Assembly: GCA_021325135.1 (NCBI GenBank)
Contig: JAJPHT010000045.1
Coordinates: forward strand, 68,456-132,455
From: Pseudomonadota bacterium
Lineage (GTDB): Archaea; Thermoplasmatota; SW-10-69-26; JACQPN01; JAJPHT01
Direction: 5' to 3'
Length of the DNA stretch: 64,000 nt
The notes under the pieces: generated by a model
What the model was told of the DNA's origin: nothing
What the model saw: the letters and a program-made list of their open reading frames with translations, nothing else
Databases searched by the model: none
Shown here: one piece after another, positions 56,424 to 64,000 of the stretch
Position numbering within the stretch: position 1 is the stretch's first letter
Layout: every line of letters begins with the position of its first letter
Program-made: the position numbers and the translations under genes

Positions 56424-59018
56424 TTATCCTTGATCCACGGCCGGGCGGAAGGCGGCGACGCCGCCGGTCCCCCAGACGTACGTCCATTCCTCGTAGGGGA
56501 CGAGGAGCGTGCCTTCGCCGGCGATGGGCGCGCCGTAGACGCCGGCGGCGGTGGCGTTGGGGACGGCGCCGCGCCAGAGGATCGTGCCGTTGCCGGCGTG
56601 GATGGCCCAGACGCTTCCGTCGATGGCGCCGGCGAAGACGATGCCGTCGGCGACCGCGACGCCGGCGAAGCTGCGGTCGCTCAGCGTGGAGGCCCATTGG
56701 AGCGCGCCGGTGGTGGCGTCGAGGCAGACGACGCGCCCTTCGGCGACGATGGCGCCGTACTGGCGTCCGTAGGCGGTGCTGCCGGCGCCCAGGTAGCCTT
56801 CGCCGAAGAACGTGCTGTTGGCGCGCCAGACGAGGGCGCCCGTGGCGGCGTCGAGGGCGAAGAAGTCGCCCAGCTTGTTGCCGTCCCCCACGAGCTTGCG
56901 GCCGTGGGCGTCCTGCCAGATGCGCACGGCCATCCCGAAGTCGGCGTCGGGGCCCTCGGGGTCGCCGGAGGTCCATACGTCGTTGGGGTAGGCCTGGAAG
57001 GACCAGAGAAACGCGCCCGTCGTGGCGTTGAGCGCGACGATGGCGTTGGTGCGGTTGTGCGCGGGGCTGGTGTACGCGTTGCCGGTGGCGTAGTAGAGCG
57101 TCATCGTCTCCGCGTCCAGCGCGGGGGCGCTCCACGCGGCGCCGCCGGTGAAGCCGGGGGGCACCGTGTAGAATCGCCAGTCGACGTGGCCGGTGGCGGC
57201 GTCGATGCGCAGCACCGAGCCCCGGAAGTCGGGCGTGTCGCCGTAGAAGTTCGACTCCTGGTCCGACGAGACGCCGACGTAGACCTTTCCGTCGTGGTAG
57301 GTGGGGGCGCCGTAGGCCCGCGTCGCGTTGTACGAGTCCAGCGGCGTGATCCAGAGGACGCTTCCGTTGGAGGCGTCCAGCGCGGCCAGCTCGCCCAGCC
57401 CCGTGCCCACGAAGACGCGGCCGTCCGCGACGAGGGGCGTCGAGGAGAGCGCGCCGTGGCCAAGCGCGCGGCTCCACTCCTGGCGGCCGTCCGTCGCGTT
57501 GAGGCGGTAGACGGTGCCGCCCCAGTCGCCCAGGTAGACGTGCCCCTGGAGAAGCACGGGGCTCCCCGTGACGGCGCGGGGCGTGTGGAAGTTCCAGGCT
57601 GGCGCGAGGCTCGCCGCGTTCCCGCGCGTGATGGCGGCCTCGTTGGCGTTGAGCCGCGAGTTGTCCGGGTCGCGCCCCTGCGAGGGCCAGTCCGACGGGC
57701 CCGGCAGCGGCGCGGGGGGCGGCAGCGGGTCGCGCTCGGCGAGGACGTCCAGCGCGTCCACGTAGAGCGTGCGGTTCGCGCTGGGCGAGCGGAAGGCGGT
57801 GTAGGACGCGATTTCGATCTGGTGGGGCGAGCCGTCCAGGAACGCGCGGTACGTGTAGGTCCGGTACAGCCACGAGGAGGCGTTCCAGCGGATGCGCGTC
57901 GCGTTGTCGATGCGCAGCTTCAGCTCGGGCCACGCTCCCAGGGCGGGCTCCCCCTTCGCGGTGATGGTGAACGTGACGTTGCCCGGGCCCGCGGGCGCGT
58001 AGGTCATGATGATCGAGCCGTTGCCGGCCTGCTTCCAGCGCGCGCCGCCGCTGGCCGTCGGGTCGCGCTGCGAATAGCCCCACCCCAGGCGCGCGGGGAA
58101 CGTCTCGGCCTGCACGCGCGCGGCGGGGCCCAGGGGCCGCACCGGCGCGGTCTTCGCGATGCTCACGGCGTCCGCGTGGAGCGCGCGCCCGGGCCCGGCG
58201 GCGCCCACGTCGTCGGTGAACGTCAGCGAGAGGGTGTGGTTGCCCCCGAAGAGCGCCACAGTGGCGGCGTAGGGCTTCCAGTCGGGCGCCACGTCGTACC
58301 ACGACCAGACGATGGCGCCGTCGACGCGCAGCACGAGCTTGCCCACCGTGTCCCCGGCGGGGTCCGCGCGGGCCCAGGCGGTCACGAGGAAATACTGGAG
58401 GCCGCCCGAGACGGGGAACGTCGTCGCGATGGTCGCGTGGGACCACGCCTGGCCCGCGGACGCCGCGTCGCTGGCGATGGCCGAGCCGCCCGAGCGCGTG
58501 GGGAAGCCTTCGGCCTCGCGCCAGATGGGAAGCGGGTCCCCCGAGCCCAGCACGAGGACGAGGAAGACCTCCGCCTTGTCGATGGCCAGCGACTGGGCGG
58601 CGCCGGGAGGCACGTCGGTGAGGGCGACCGAGAGCCGATGCGAGGCCTGCGCGACGGTGTCGTTGGCGACGTAGCGGACGTACGCGTCGTTGACGCGCCA
58701 GTGGCCCACCGCGCGCCCGTCGTCGAACACCGTCATCTCCGGCGCGGGCCCGCCCGACGCGCTCCCCTTCGCCCACACGCTGATCTGGTAGGTCCCGGCG
58801 TGATCACCGCTCCAGCCGGTGGAGACGTTCCCGGGGCCGTCGAGCCGCCACGCGGCGCCCCCGCTGGCCGCCGGGTCCGCGAGGAGCGAGCCCTCGTCGC
58901 GCGTGTCGAACGCCTCGCCCTCCACCACGACGTCGACGGGATGGGCCTGCGCCGGCCCGGTCAGCGGGAACGCGGCCGCGAGGACGACCAGGCTGACGAG
59001 GACGGGGACCGCGCGCAT
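56424..59018 (-). CDS. Secreted PQQ-like beta-propeller (PVA-dehydrogenase-like) with three N-terminal CBM-like repeats
   Basis: Signal peptide; three EGEAF/EAEGF/QAETF...ASGG modules; DWP, FRGSV, GGAAWS, ATGN, GPDADFG motifs. Confidence 0.8.
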   Translation of the reverse strand: MRAVPVLVSLVVLAAAFPLTGPAQAHPVDVVVEGEAFDTRDEGSLLADPAASGGAAWRLDGPGNVSTGWSGDHAGTYQISVWAKGSASGGPAPEMTVFDDGRAVGHWRVNDAYVRYVANDTVAQASHRLSVALTDVPPGAAQSLAIDKAEVFLVLVLGSGDPLPIWREAEGFPTRSGGSAIASDAASAGQAWSHATIATTFPVSGGLQYFLVTAWARADPAGDTVGKLVLRVDGAIVWSWYDVAPDWKPYAATVALFGGNHTLSLTFTDDVGAAGPGRALHADAVSIAKTAPVRPLGPAARVQAETFPARLGWGYSQRDPTASGGARWKQAGNGSIIMTYAPAGPGNVTFTITAKGEPALGAWPELKLRIDNATRIRWNASSWLYRTYTYRAFLDGSPHQIEIASYTAFRSPSANRTLYVDALDVLAERDPLPPPAPLPGPSDWPSQGRDPDNSRLNANEAAITRGNAASLAPAWNFHTPRAVTGSPVLLQGHVYLGDWGGTVYRLNATDGRQEWSRALGHGALSSTPLVADGRVFVGTGLGELAALDASNGSVLWITPLDSYNATRAYGAPTYHDGKVYVGVSSDQESNFYGDTPDFRGSVLRIDAATGHVDWRFYTVPPGFTGGAAWSAPALDAETMTLYYATGNAYTSPAHNRTNAIVALNATTGAFLWSFQAYPNDVWTSGDPEGPDADFGMAVRIWQDAHGRKLVGDGNKLGDFFALDAATGALVWRANSTFFGEGYLGAGSTAYGRQYGAIVAEGRVVCLDATTGALQWASTLSDRSFAGVAVADGIVFAGAIDGSVWAIHAGNGTILWRGAVPNATAAGVYGAPIAGEGTLLVPYEEWTYVWGTGGVAAFRPAVDQG

Positions 59019-59229
59019 GGAGGCCCTCGTGACGGGAAATCCATGGCCGTTCCGGCACACGACGCGGAAGCTAGCTTGCCGACCCGCCCGGCCCTTGCAG
59101 GAGCGCGACGCCCGCGACGGCCATGGCGCAGCCCAGCGCGCGGGGATGCAGAGGGCGCCCAGGCGGACGACGGCGCGGGGCTCCGCCTGCGGGCGGCCAG
59201 CGCGCCGGCCAGGCAAGGCGTGCGATTTG

Positions 59230-59262
59230 GTTGCACCGCAACATAGTTGTACTTTGCAAGTA
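59230..59262. promoter_or_regulatory. Putative MarR operator palindromes
   Basis: GTTGC-ACC-GCAAC and imperfect TAGTTGTACTTTGCAAGTA immediately upstream of marR. Confidence 0.55.
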
Positions 59263-59274
59263 TCAGCATCGCCT

Positions 59275-59736
59275 GTGCCCCCTTCCAGCAGGGCCCTGGA
59301 CTGCGCCGCGCTCCTGGCCGAGGCCGCCCCCGCCCTCGTCGACGTGATCCGCGAGGAGGGGCGCCGGCAGCGGAACGACCTCTCGGTGGGCCAGCTGCGC
59401 GCCATCTCCTATCTTTCGCGCCACGGCGACGCCTCGCTCTCCGACCTCGCGGCCGTCGTGGGCCTCACGCTGCCCGCCACGTCGCGCCTCGTGGACGGGC
59501 TGGTGGAGCGCAGGCTCGTGAGCCGCGCCGCCGCCACCGACGACCGCCGCAAGGTCACGCTCCACGCCACCCCCGCGGGCCGCGCCGTGCTGCGCTCCGT
59601 CCGCGAGTCCGCCCACGGCCGCCTCGCCGCGCTGCTGGAGGGCTTCCCGGCAAGCGACCTCGACGCGCTCTCCCGCGTGCTCGCCGCGCTCCAGCAGCGC
59701 CTCCCCGGCGGCTCGCTCCAGGAGGCCCCCGCGTGA
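59275..59736 (+). CDS. MarR-family regulator
   Basis: LSVGQLRAI, SRLVDGLVERRLV, DDRRKVTL, TPAGR. Confidence 0.9.
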   Translation: MPPSSRALDCAALLAEAAPALVDVIREEGRRQRNDLSVGQLRAISYLSRHGDASLSDLAAVVGLTLPATSRLVDGLVERRLVSRAAATDDRRKVTLHATPAGRAVLRSVRESAHGRLAALLEGFPASDLDALSRVLAALQQRLPGGSLQEAPA

Positions 59737-61199
59737 AGCCCCACGCGGACCGCTATCCCTGGGTCGCGCTCTCCGTGACGACGGTGGGCGCCCTGCTTGC
59801 GAGCATCCAGAGCAGCGCGCTCATCATCGCGCTCCCCGACGTCATGGCGGGCCTCGGGGCCTCCTTCCTCACCATCATGTGGGTGCTGCTGGGCTATCTC
59901 CTGGTCACCACCGCGCTTGTCCCGGTGGTCGGGCGCCTGGCCGACATGTTCGGCCGCAAGCACCTCTACAACGCGGGCTTCGCGGTCTTCACGCTGGCCT
60001 CGCTGCTGGCGGGCTTCGCGAGCCCCGCCGCGCGCGGCTGGGACCTCGTGGGCTATCGTCTGCTCCAGGGCGTCGGCGGCGCGCTCCTCATGGCCAACAG
60101 CACCGCCATCGTCACCGACGCCTTCCGCGGCAGCGGCCGCGTGGGGCTTGGCCTCGGCGTCAACCAGATCGCGGGCGCCGCGGGCTTCCTCCTGGGCCCC
60201 GTCATCGGCGGGGCCCTCACCGCCGTGGGCTGGCGCTGGGTCTTCTGGTTCAACGTCCCCATCGGCCTCTTCGGGACGCTCTGGGGCGTCCTCCGCCTCC
60301 GGCAGACCGTGAAGGGCGAGACGAGGCCCGTGTTCGACTGGGCGGGCTCCATCCTCTTCGCCCTCGGGCTGGGCGCGTTCCTCATGGGGCTCTCCCTCGT
60401 CGCGTTCCCGCTGGTCCCCTTCACGGTGGTCGAGCTGCTCATCGCGGGCGGGCTCGTCCTCCTGGCCGCGTTCGCGTGGGTGGAGCGCCGCGTCGAGCAC
60501 CCGATGATGGACCTGGGCATGTTCCGCGACCGCGTGTTCGCCGTGGGCTCGCTCTCCACGTTCCTCAACTCCCTCGCGCGCGGCGCCGTGCTCTTCATCC
60601 TCATCTTCTTCCTCCAGGGCCCCTACGGGCGCGACCCCCTCGCCGCGGGCATCCTCATGACGCCCTTCGGCGCCGCGTTCCTCCTCGTGGGCCCGCTCTC
60701 GGGGTGGCTCTCGGACCGCTGGGGCTCGCGCCTCCTCGCCACCACGGGCCTGCTCGTCTCCGCGGCGGGCCTCGCGGGGCTCGCCACCGTCACCGACCAC
60801 ACGCCCTACTGGGCCCTCGCGCTCTGGATGGTCGTCATCGGCGGCGGCTCGGGTCTCTTCAACAGCCCCAACATGAACAGCATCATGAGCCACGTGCGCC
60901 CCGACGAGCGCGGCATGGCGGCGGGCACCGCGACGATGCTCATGAACACGGGCCAGATGCTCAGCATCGCCATCGCGTTCCCCCTCGTGCTCAGCAAGAT
61001 CCCCGAGGAGATCATGATGAAGATCTTCCTCTTCGGGGGCGGCATGGCGGGCGCGCCCGACGCGCTCTCGGCGTTCCTCCACGGCATGCACGTCGCGTTC
61101 CTCCTCGCGGTGGGCATCACGCTGGTCGCGGCCGCGGTGTCGTTCTTCCGCCCGCACCACCGGCCCGCCCCCGCGGGAGCCGCGGCCGAGCAGGGCTGA
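59733..61199 (+). CDS. MFS transporter, 14-TM DHA2/EmrB-like
   Basis: GRLADMFGRK, RLLQGVGG, GWRWVFWFNVPIG; GTGA overlap with marR. Confidence 0.92.
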   Translation: MKPHADRYPWVALSVTTVGALLASIQSSALIIALPDVMAGLGASFLTIMWVLLGYLLVTTALVPVVGRLADMFGRKHLYNAGFAVFTLASLLAGFASPAARGWDLVGYRLLQGVGGALLMANSTAIVTDAFRGSGRVGLGLGVNQIAGAAGFLLGPVIGGALTAVGWRWVFWFNVPIGLFGTLWGVLRLRQTVKGETRPVFDWAGSILFALGLGAFLMGLSLVAFPLVPFTVVELLIAGGLVLLAAFAWVERRVEHPMMDLGMFRDRVFAVGSLSTFLNSLARGAVLFILIFFLQGPYGRDPLAAGILMTPFGAAFLLVGPLSGWLSDRWGSRLLATTGLLVSAAGLAGLATVTDHTPYWALALWMVVIGGGSGLFNSPNMNSIMSHVRPDERGMAAGTATMLMNTGQMLSIAIAFPLVLSKIPEEIMMKIFLFGGGMAGAPDALSAFLHGMHVAFLLAVGITLVAAAVSFFRPHHRPAPAGAAAEQG

Positions 61200-61308
61200 G
61201 GCGCGGTTTGATCGCGCCGCCGACTGCGGCTTTGGCCACAGGTGAGCCGTTCTGCCGCGCAAAATGCCGCGCGGCTCATGCCCCGGGGGCGCGCTCCGCT
61301 CCCTGCGC

Positions 61309-61857
61309 ATGACCCGCGCCGTCGCGCTCCTTCTGCTCGCCCTCCTCGTGGGCTCGGGCCTCGCCGACGCGCAGGCCACCAACGCGACCTTCCCGCGCGA
61401 GCGCGGAGGGGAGCGCGGCGGCTTCCCCTGGGCGCAGGTCGCCATGCTCACCATGGTGGCGGGCCTCGTCCTCGTGCCGCTGAACCTCTGGCGACGTGCC
61501 CTCCTCCCCAGGCTCCTGGCCGCGGGCGCCAAGGGGAAGGAGGACCTCGTCCGCGCGGGCGCATGGCTGCGCGGGAGCGGCGTCAACCTCCACATGGTCT
61601 TCGGCGCCGCCACGCTGGTCGCGGGCACCGTGCACGGGCTCACCGAGCGCCGCTCCAACTGGGAGCTGTGGGCCGGCATGGCGGGCATCCTCGCGCTCCT
61701 CGTGCTGGGCGTCACGCTCCGTTGGGTCCCGCGGCTCGCCCGGCATCGCGCGCCCGCGCTCGCCGCGAAGTGGGCCCTCACGGGCCTCTCGCTGGCGCTG
61801 CTGCTCTACGGACACTCGCTGGCGCATCCGGCGTTCGGGGGACGGCGCGGAGGGTGA
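61309..61857 (+). CDS. Membrane protein, possibly heme-binding
   Basis: Signal peptide plus about 4 TM with His pair NLHM...TVHG and C-terminal YGH. Confidence 0.55.
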   Translation: MTRAVALLLLALLVGSGLADAQATNATFPRERGGERGGFPWAQVAMLTMVAGLVLVPLNLWRRALLPRLLAAGAKGKEDLVRAGAWLRGSGVNLHMVFGAATLVAGTVHGLTERRSNWELWAGMAGILALLVLGVTLRWVPRLARHRAPALAAKWALTGLSLALLLYGHSLAHPAFGGRRGG

Positions 61858-61969
61858 GAAGGACGACCTGCGCGAAGGGGAAGCAGTTGCAGCCGGGTGC
61901 GAGCCTCTTGGGTCTTGCAGGTAACTTCCTGCAAGCGCCTATGGTCCGAAATGCGTTCGTTTCGCACGG

Positions 61970-62761
61970 TTGGTTCGCTTGCGCGTCTGGTTTGTCTTGT
62001 CTGCCGTCATCTTGGCCGTTGGCTCGTTCCCCTCGCTTCTCGCTGCCCCGTCCACTGGGGTCTCGCTCCCGCCTCCTTTGGAAGACACCTGTGAATCCGT
62101 CCCGGCCCTGAGCCTTGGGGCAGGGGGCTTGGAGGTGGCCTCTTCGCCGACCGACGCGTGTCTCCAGGCCCAGAAGTTTCCACCCGTCATCACGCTGGGG
62201 AGCCCGACTCTTTGCTTGGGCGTGCCGGGCCAGCGTGTGGACTGCGCCCAGGCCCCCTCGACGGCTCCCGACGACTCCACGGCGCTTCTCTACATCACGA
62301 TCCAGAGCGTGGACCTGTTGCCGACGACTCCCCCTCAGGTCACGGTGACGGACGGGACCGCCAATCAGGCGTTCACCAAATCGAACGGACTTCCGAACTG
62401 CGTGCTGACAATCCCTGCGCCTTGGATTGTGAAGTGCACGCCCCTGAAGAATCCTCTTCTGGGAGGCTCGTGGGACTGCCCCGATATGCTCGTGGGCGCC
62501 TCGGCCGACGGGATCACGGGGGCCGTGAACGGCACCACGCAGTGCAACAATGACACCATCGCCTGGACGGGCGACGTGGGCATCACGAACCCGACCTGGG
62601 CCGTCCTGACGGCGAACCTGGGCACCGTGGCTCCCGACGTCGAGTGCGGGGCCTACGGCATCCTGGATGCCTCAGGCCATCGTGCGCCAGCCCCCCTTCC
62701 TCCCTACACCGTCAACTGCCTCGAGCCCGGCTCGAAGGACGTCCAGCTCAACCTCAACTAG
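61970..62761 (+). CDS. Secreted Cys-rich protein
   Basis: Signal-like N-terminus, 10 Cys, more A/T-ending codons than neighbours. Confidence 0.7.
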   Translation: MVRLRVWFVLSAVILAVGSFPSLLAAPSTGVSLPPPLEDTCESVPALSLGAGGLEVASSPTDACLQAQKFPPVITLGSPTLCLGVPGQRVDCAQAPSTAPDDSTALLYITIQSVDLLPTTPPQVTVTDGTANQAFTKSNGLPNCVLTIPAPWIVKCTPLKNPLLGGSWDCPDMLVGASADGITGAVNGTTQCNNDTIAWTGDVGITNPTWAVLTANLGTVAPDVECGAYGILDASGHRAPAPLPPYTVNCLEPGSKDVQLNLN

Positions 62762-62773
62762 GTGATTTCGCCC

Positions 62774-63406
62774 ATGAACAAGCTCCTCCCTTCCCTCCTG
62801 CTCACCTTCGTATTGACCATGCCCTTCACGCCCTTCGCGCAGGGCGGCTGCGTCGACGACTCGTGCCTCGCCGCGGTCCCTGATGGGCCCCCAGACGCCT
62901 CGGCGTGCGGCCAAATCGTCGACGCGTCCACAGCCACCTTCAACGCCACCAGCGGCGCGGCCTGCGCGCGCGGCGTCATCCAGTGGCAGACGCTCCCCTA
63001 TGGCCTCGTGGTCGTGATGGTCTACAAGCCGAACGCGGCCTGCTTCGCCTGCTCCACCCAGGTCTTCCCCGCGCCGGGCTGGACGTGCACGGTGCCCACC
63101 GCCTACGGGGCTGCGAGCCCCATCACCGTCACGTGCACGCCTCCCAACTCGAAGACTGTCTACGACTGCACCACGCTGCGCGTCTTCGTGAACGCCCAAG
63201 ATTCGACGGGCTTTTCGGTGGAAGACGGAAAGGCCACGTGCGGAACCGTTTCCGCGTCCTGCGAGGCCGTCTGGGGAACCAACCGGGAGACGTGCACCAA
63301 GAGCACGCCGGCGGTTCCTCGCCAGCATCCACCCCTGGAATGCAGTCTGACCTTGTGGAACGCCTATGATGTGGCCTCCGCGACAGCCATGTGCTTCAAT
63401 CGATAG
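62774..63406 (+). CDS. Secreted Cys-rich protein
   Basis: AGGTGA SD-like motif; signal peptide MNKLLPSLLL; more than 10 Cys. Confidence 0.75.
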   Translation: MNKLLPSLLLTFVLTMPFTPFAQGGCVDDSCLAAVPDGPPDASACGQIVDASTATFNATSGAACARGVIQWQTLPYGLVVVMVYKPNAACFACSTQVFPAPGWTCTVPTAYGAASPITVTCTPPNSKTVYDCTTLRVFVNAQDSTGFSVEDGKATCGTVSASCEAVWGTNRETCTKSTPAVPRQHPPLECSLTLWNAYDVASATAMCFNR

Positions 63407-63740
63407 TCACGTAATGAGGCGCTGTTCCTCGGAGGGATTCCGGGCCTGCGCTGCGGAGCGAAGCGACATCGGAATCCCACCGCCTGAAACGGCCACCGCC
63501 GGTCCCACCGGGATGGAACGGCACCCCGCCTGGCCAATCTATTTATAGCGGCCTTCGGTTCCGCGGCCCAACTGCATCCCCGCAGGATGCGGCGCCCGAA
63601 GGCCGGGGACCATCCCGGGCGAGTCGGTCGCCGACGGGTGTCCTTGGGAAGGACGGGCAGCGCCTCGCGCGCGGCCTACGCCCGCCACTCCGCGGGAATT
63701 CAGCGGGACGCGCAAGCGCCCAGACATTGGAGGAACAACC

Positions 63741-64000
63741 ATGGCTGACAAGCCCCACATGAACGTCGTCTTCATCGGACACGTCGACGCCGGCAAGTCC
63801 ACGACCGTGGGCCGCGTCCTGCTGGACACGGGCCACATCGAGGCCCACGTGATTGAGAAGCTCAAGAAGGAGGCCGAAGAGAAGGGCAAGGCCACCTTCG
63901 AGTTCGCCTTCGTGATGGACAACCTCAAGGAGGAGCGCGAGCGCGGCGTCACCATCGACATCGCGCACAAGAAGTTCACCACGGACAAGTACTACTTCAC
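63741..64000 (+). CDS. tuf: Elongation factor 1-alpha (5' part)
   Basis: [21 protein letters not shown]...[32 protein letters not shown]; GGAGG SD. Confidence 0.97.
   Translation, partial: MADKPHMNVVFIGHVDAGKSTTVGRVLLDTGHIEAHVIEKLKKEAEEKGKATFEFAFVMDNLKEERERGVTIDIAHKKFTTDKYYF

Noticed and set aside
55234-58776. 1180-aa fusion ORF; similarly 1551-3368, 4872-6863, 7260-9215, 21874-24498 and 38201-40132
   Set aside because: The real genes start much later; the upstream extensions are off-frame or antisense read-through of neighbouring genes.
185-63988. Hundreds of long Arg/Gly/Pro/Ala-rich ORFs in the track (e.g. 11521-13983 +, 11708-13894 -, 32923-34974 -, 56430-59246 +)
   Set aside because: Shadow or antisense frames of real genes, caused by high GC and few stop codons; no motifs.
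1-64000. tRNA/rRNA genes, integrase or transposase
   Set aside because: No T-loop or cloverleaf, rRNA signature or recombinase motif recognised by eye; tRNAscan-SE/ISEScan would be needed to exclude them fully.

Overview
High-GC (roughly 70% by eye) archaeal chromosome segment. It carries an archaeal-type EF-1alpha and DnaG, UPF0058 and UPF0146 proteins, and TATA-like boxes about 22-24 nt ahead of several ATGs. The proteome is not acidic, so an uncultured non-halophilic Thermoplasmatota-like lineage is my inference. Housekeeping genes include AlaX, thiolase, PfkB kinase, DnaG, SerB, an HtrA-like protease, a 3-hydroxyacyl-CoA dehydrogenase/enoyl-CoA hydratase fusion, sufDSUC, an FKBP PPIase, PepA, acyl-CoA dehydrogenase, MarR-MFS and tuf. 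They are interleaved with many secreted, lipoprotein and Cys-rich orphan genes and at least two families of dispersed palindromic repeats. The best candidate for an undescribed system is at 10497-14130. A secreted subtilase carries four GAEWN pentapeptide repeats at its propeptide/mature-domain junction. It is followed 5 nt later by a multi-TM (MASE9-like) GAF/PAS histidine kinase, then a Zn-finger micro-protein overlapping the kinase stop. This may be a protease-released Trp-peptide signalling circuit in an archaeon. Other highlights are a Kv-like channel whose TVGYG filter is replaced by NVAYL, a LanC-type cyclase end, a synonymously recoded duplicate of the thiolase 3' end, a membrane-anchored PD-(D/E)xK nuclease, and REP/REPIN-like elements. 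I saw no rRNA, tRNA, CRISPR array or transposase. All family assignments come from motif recognition, not database searches.
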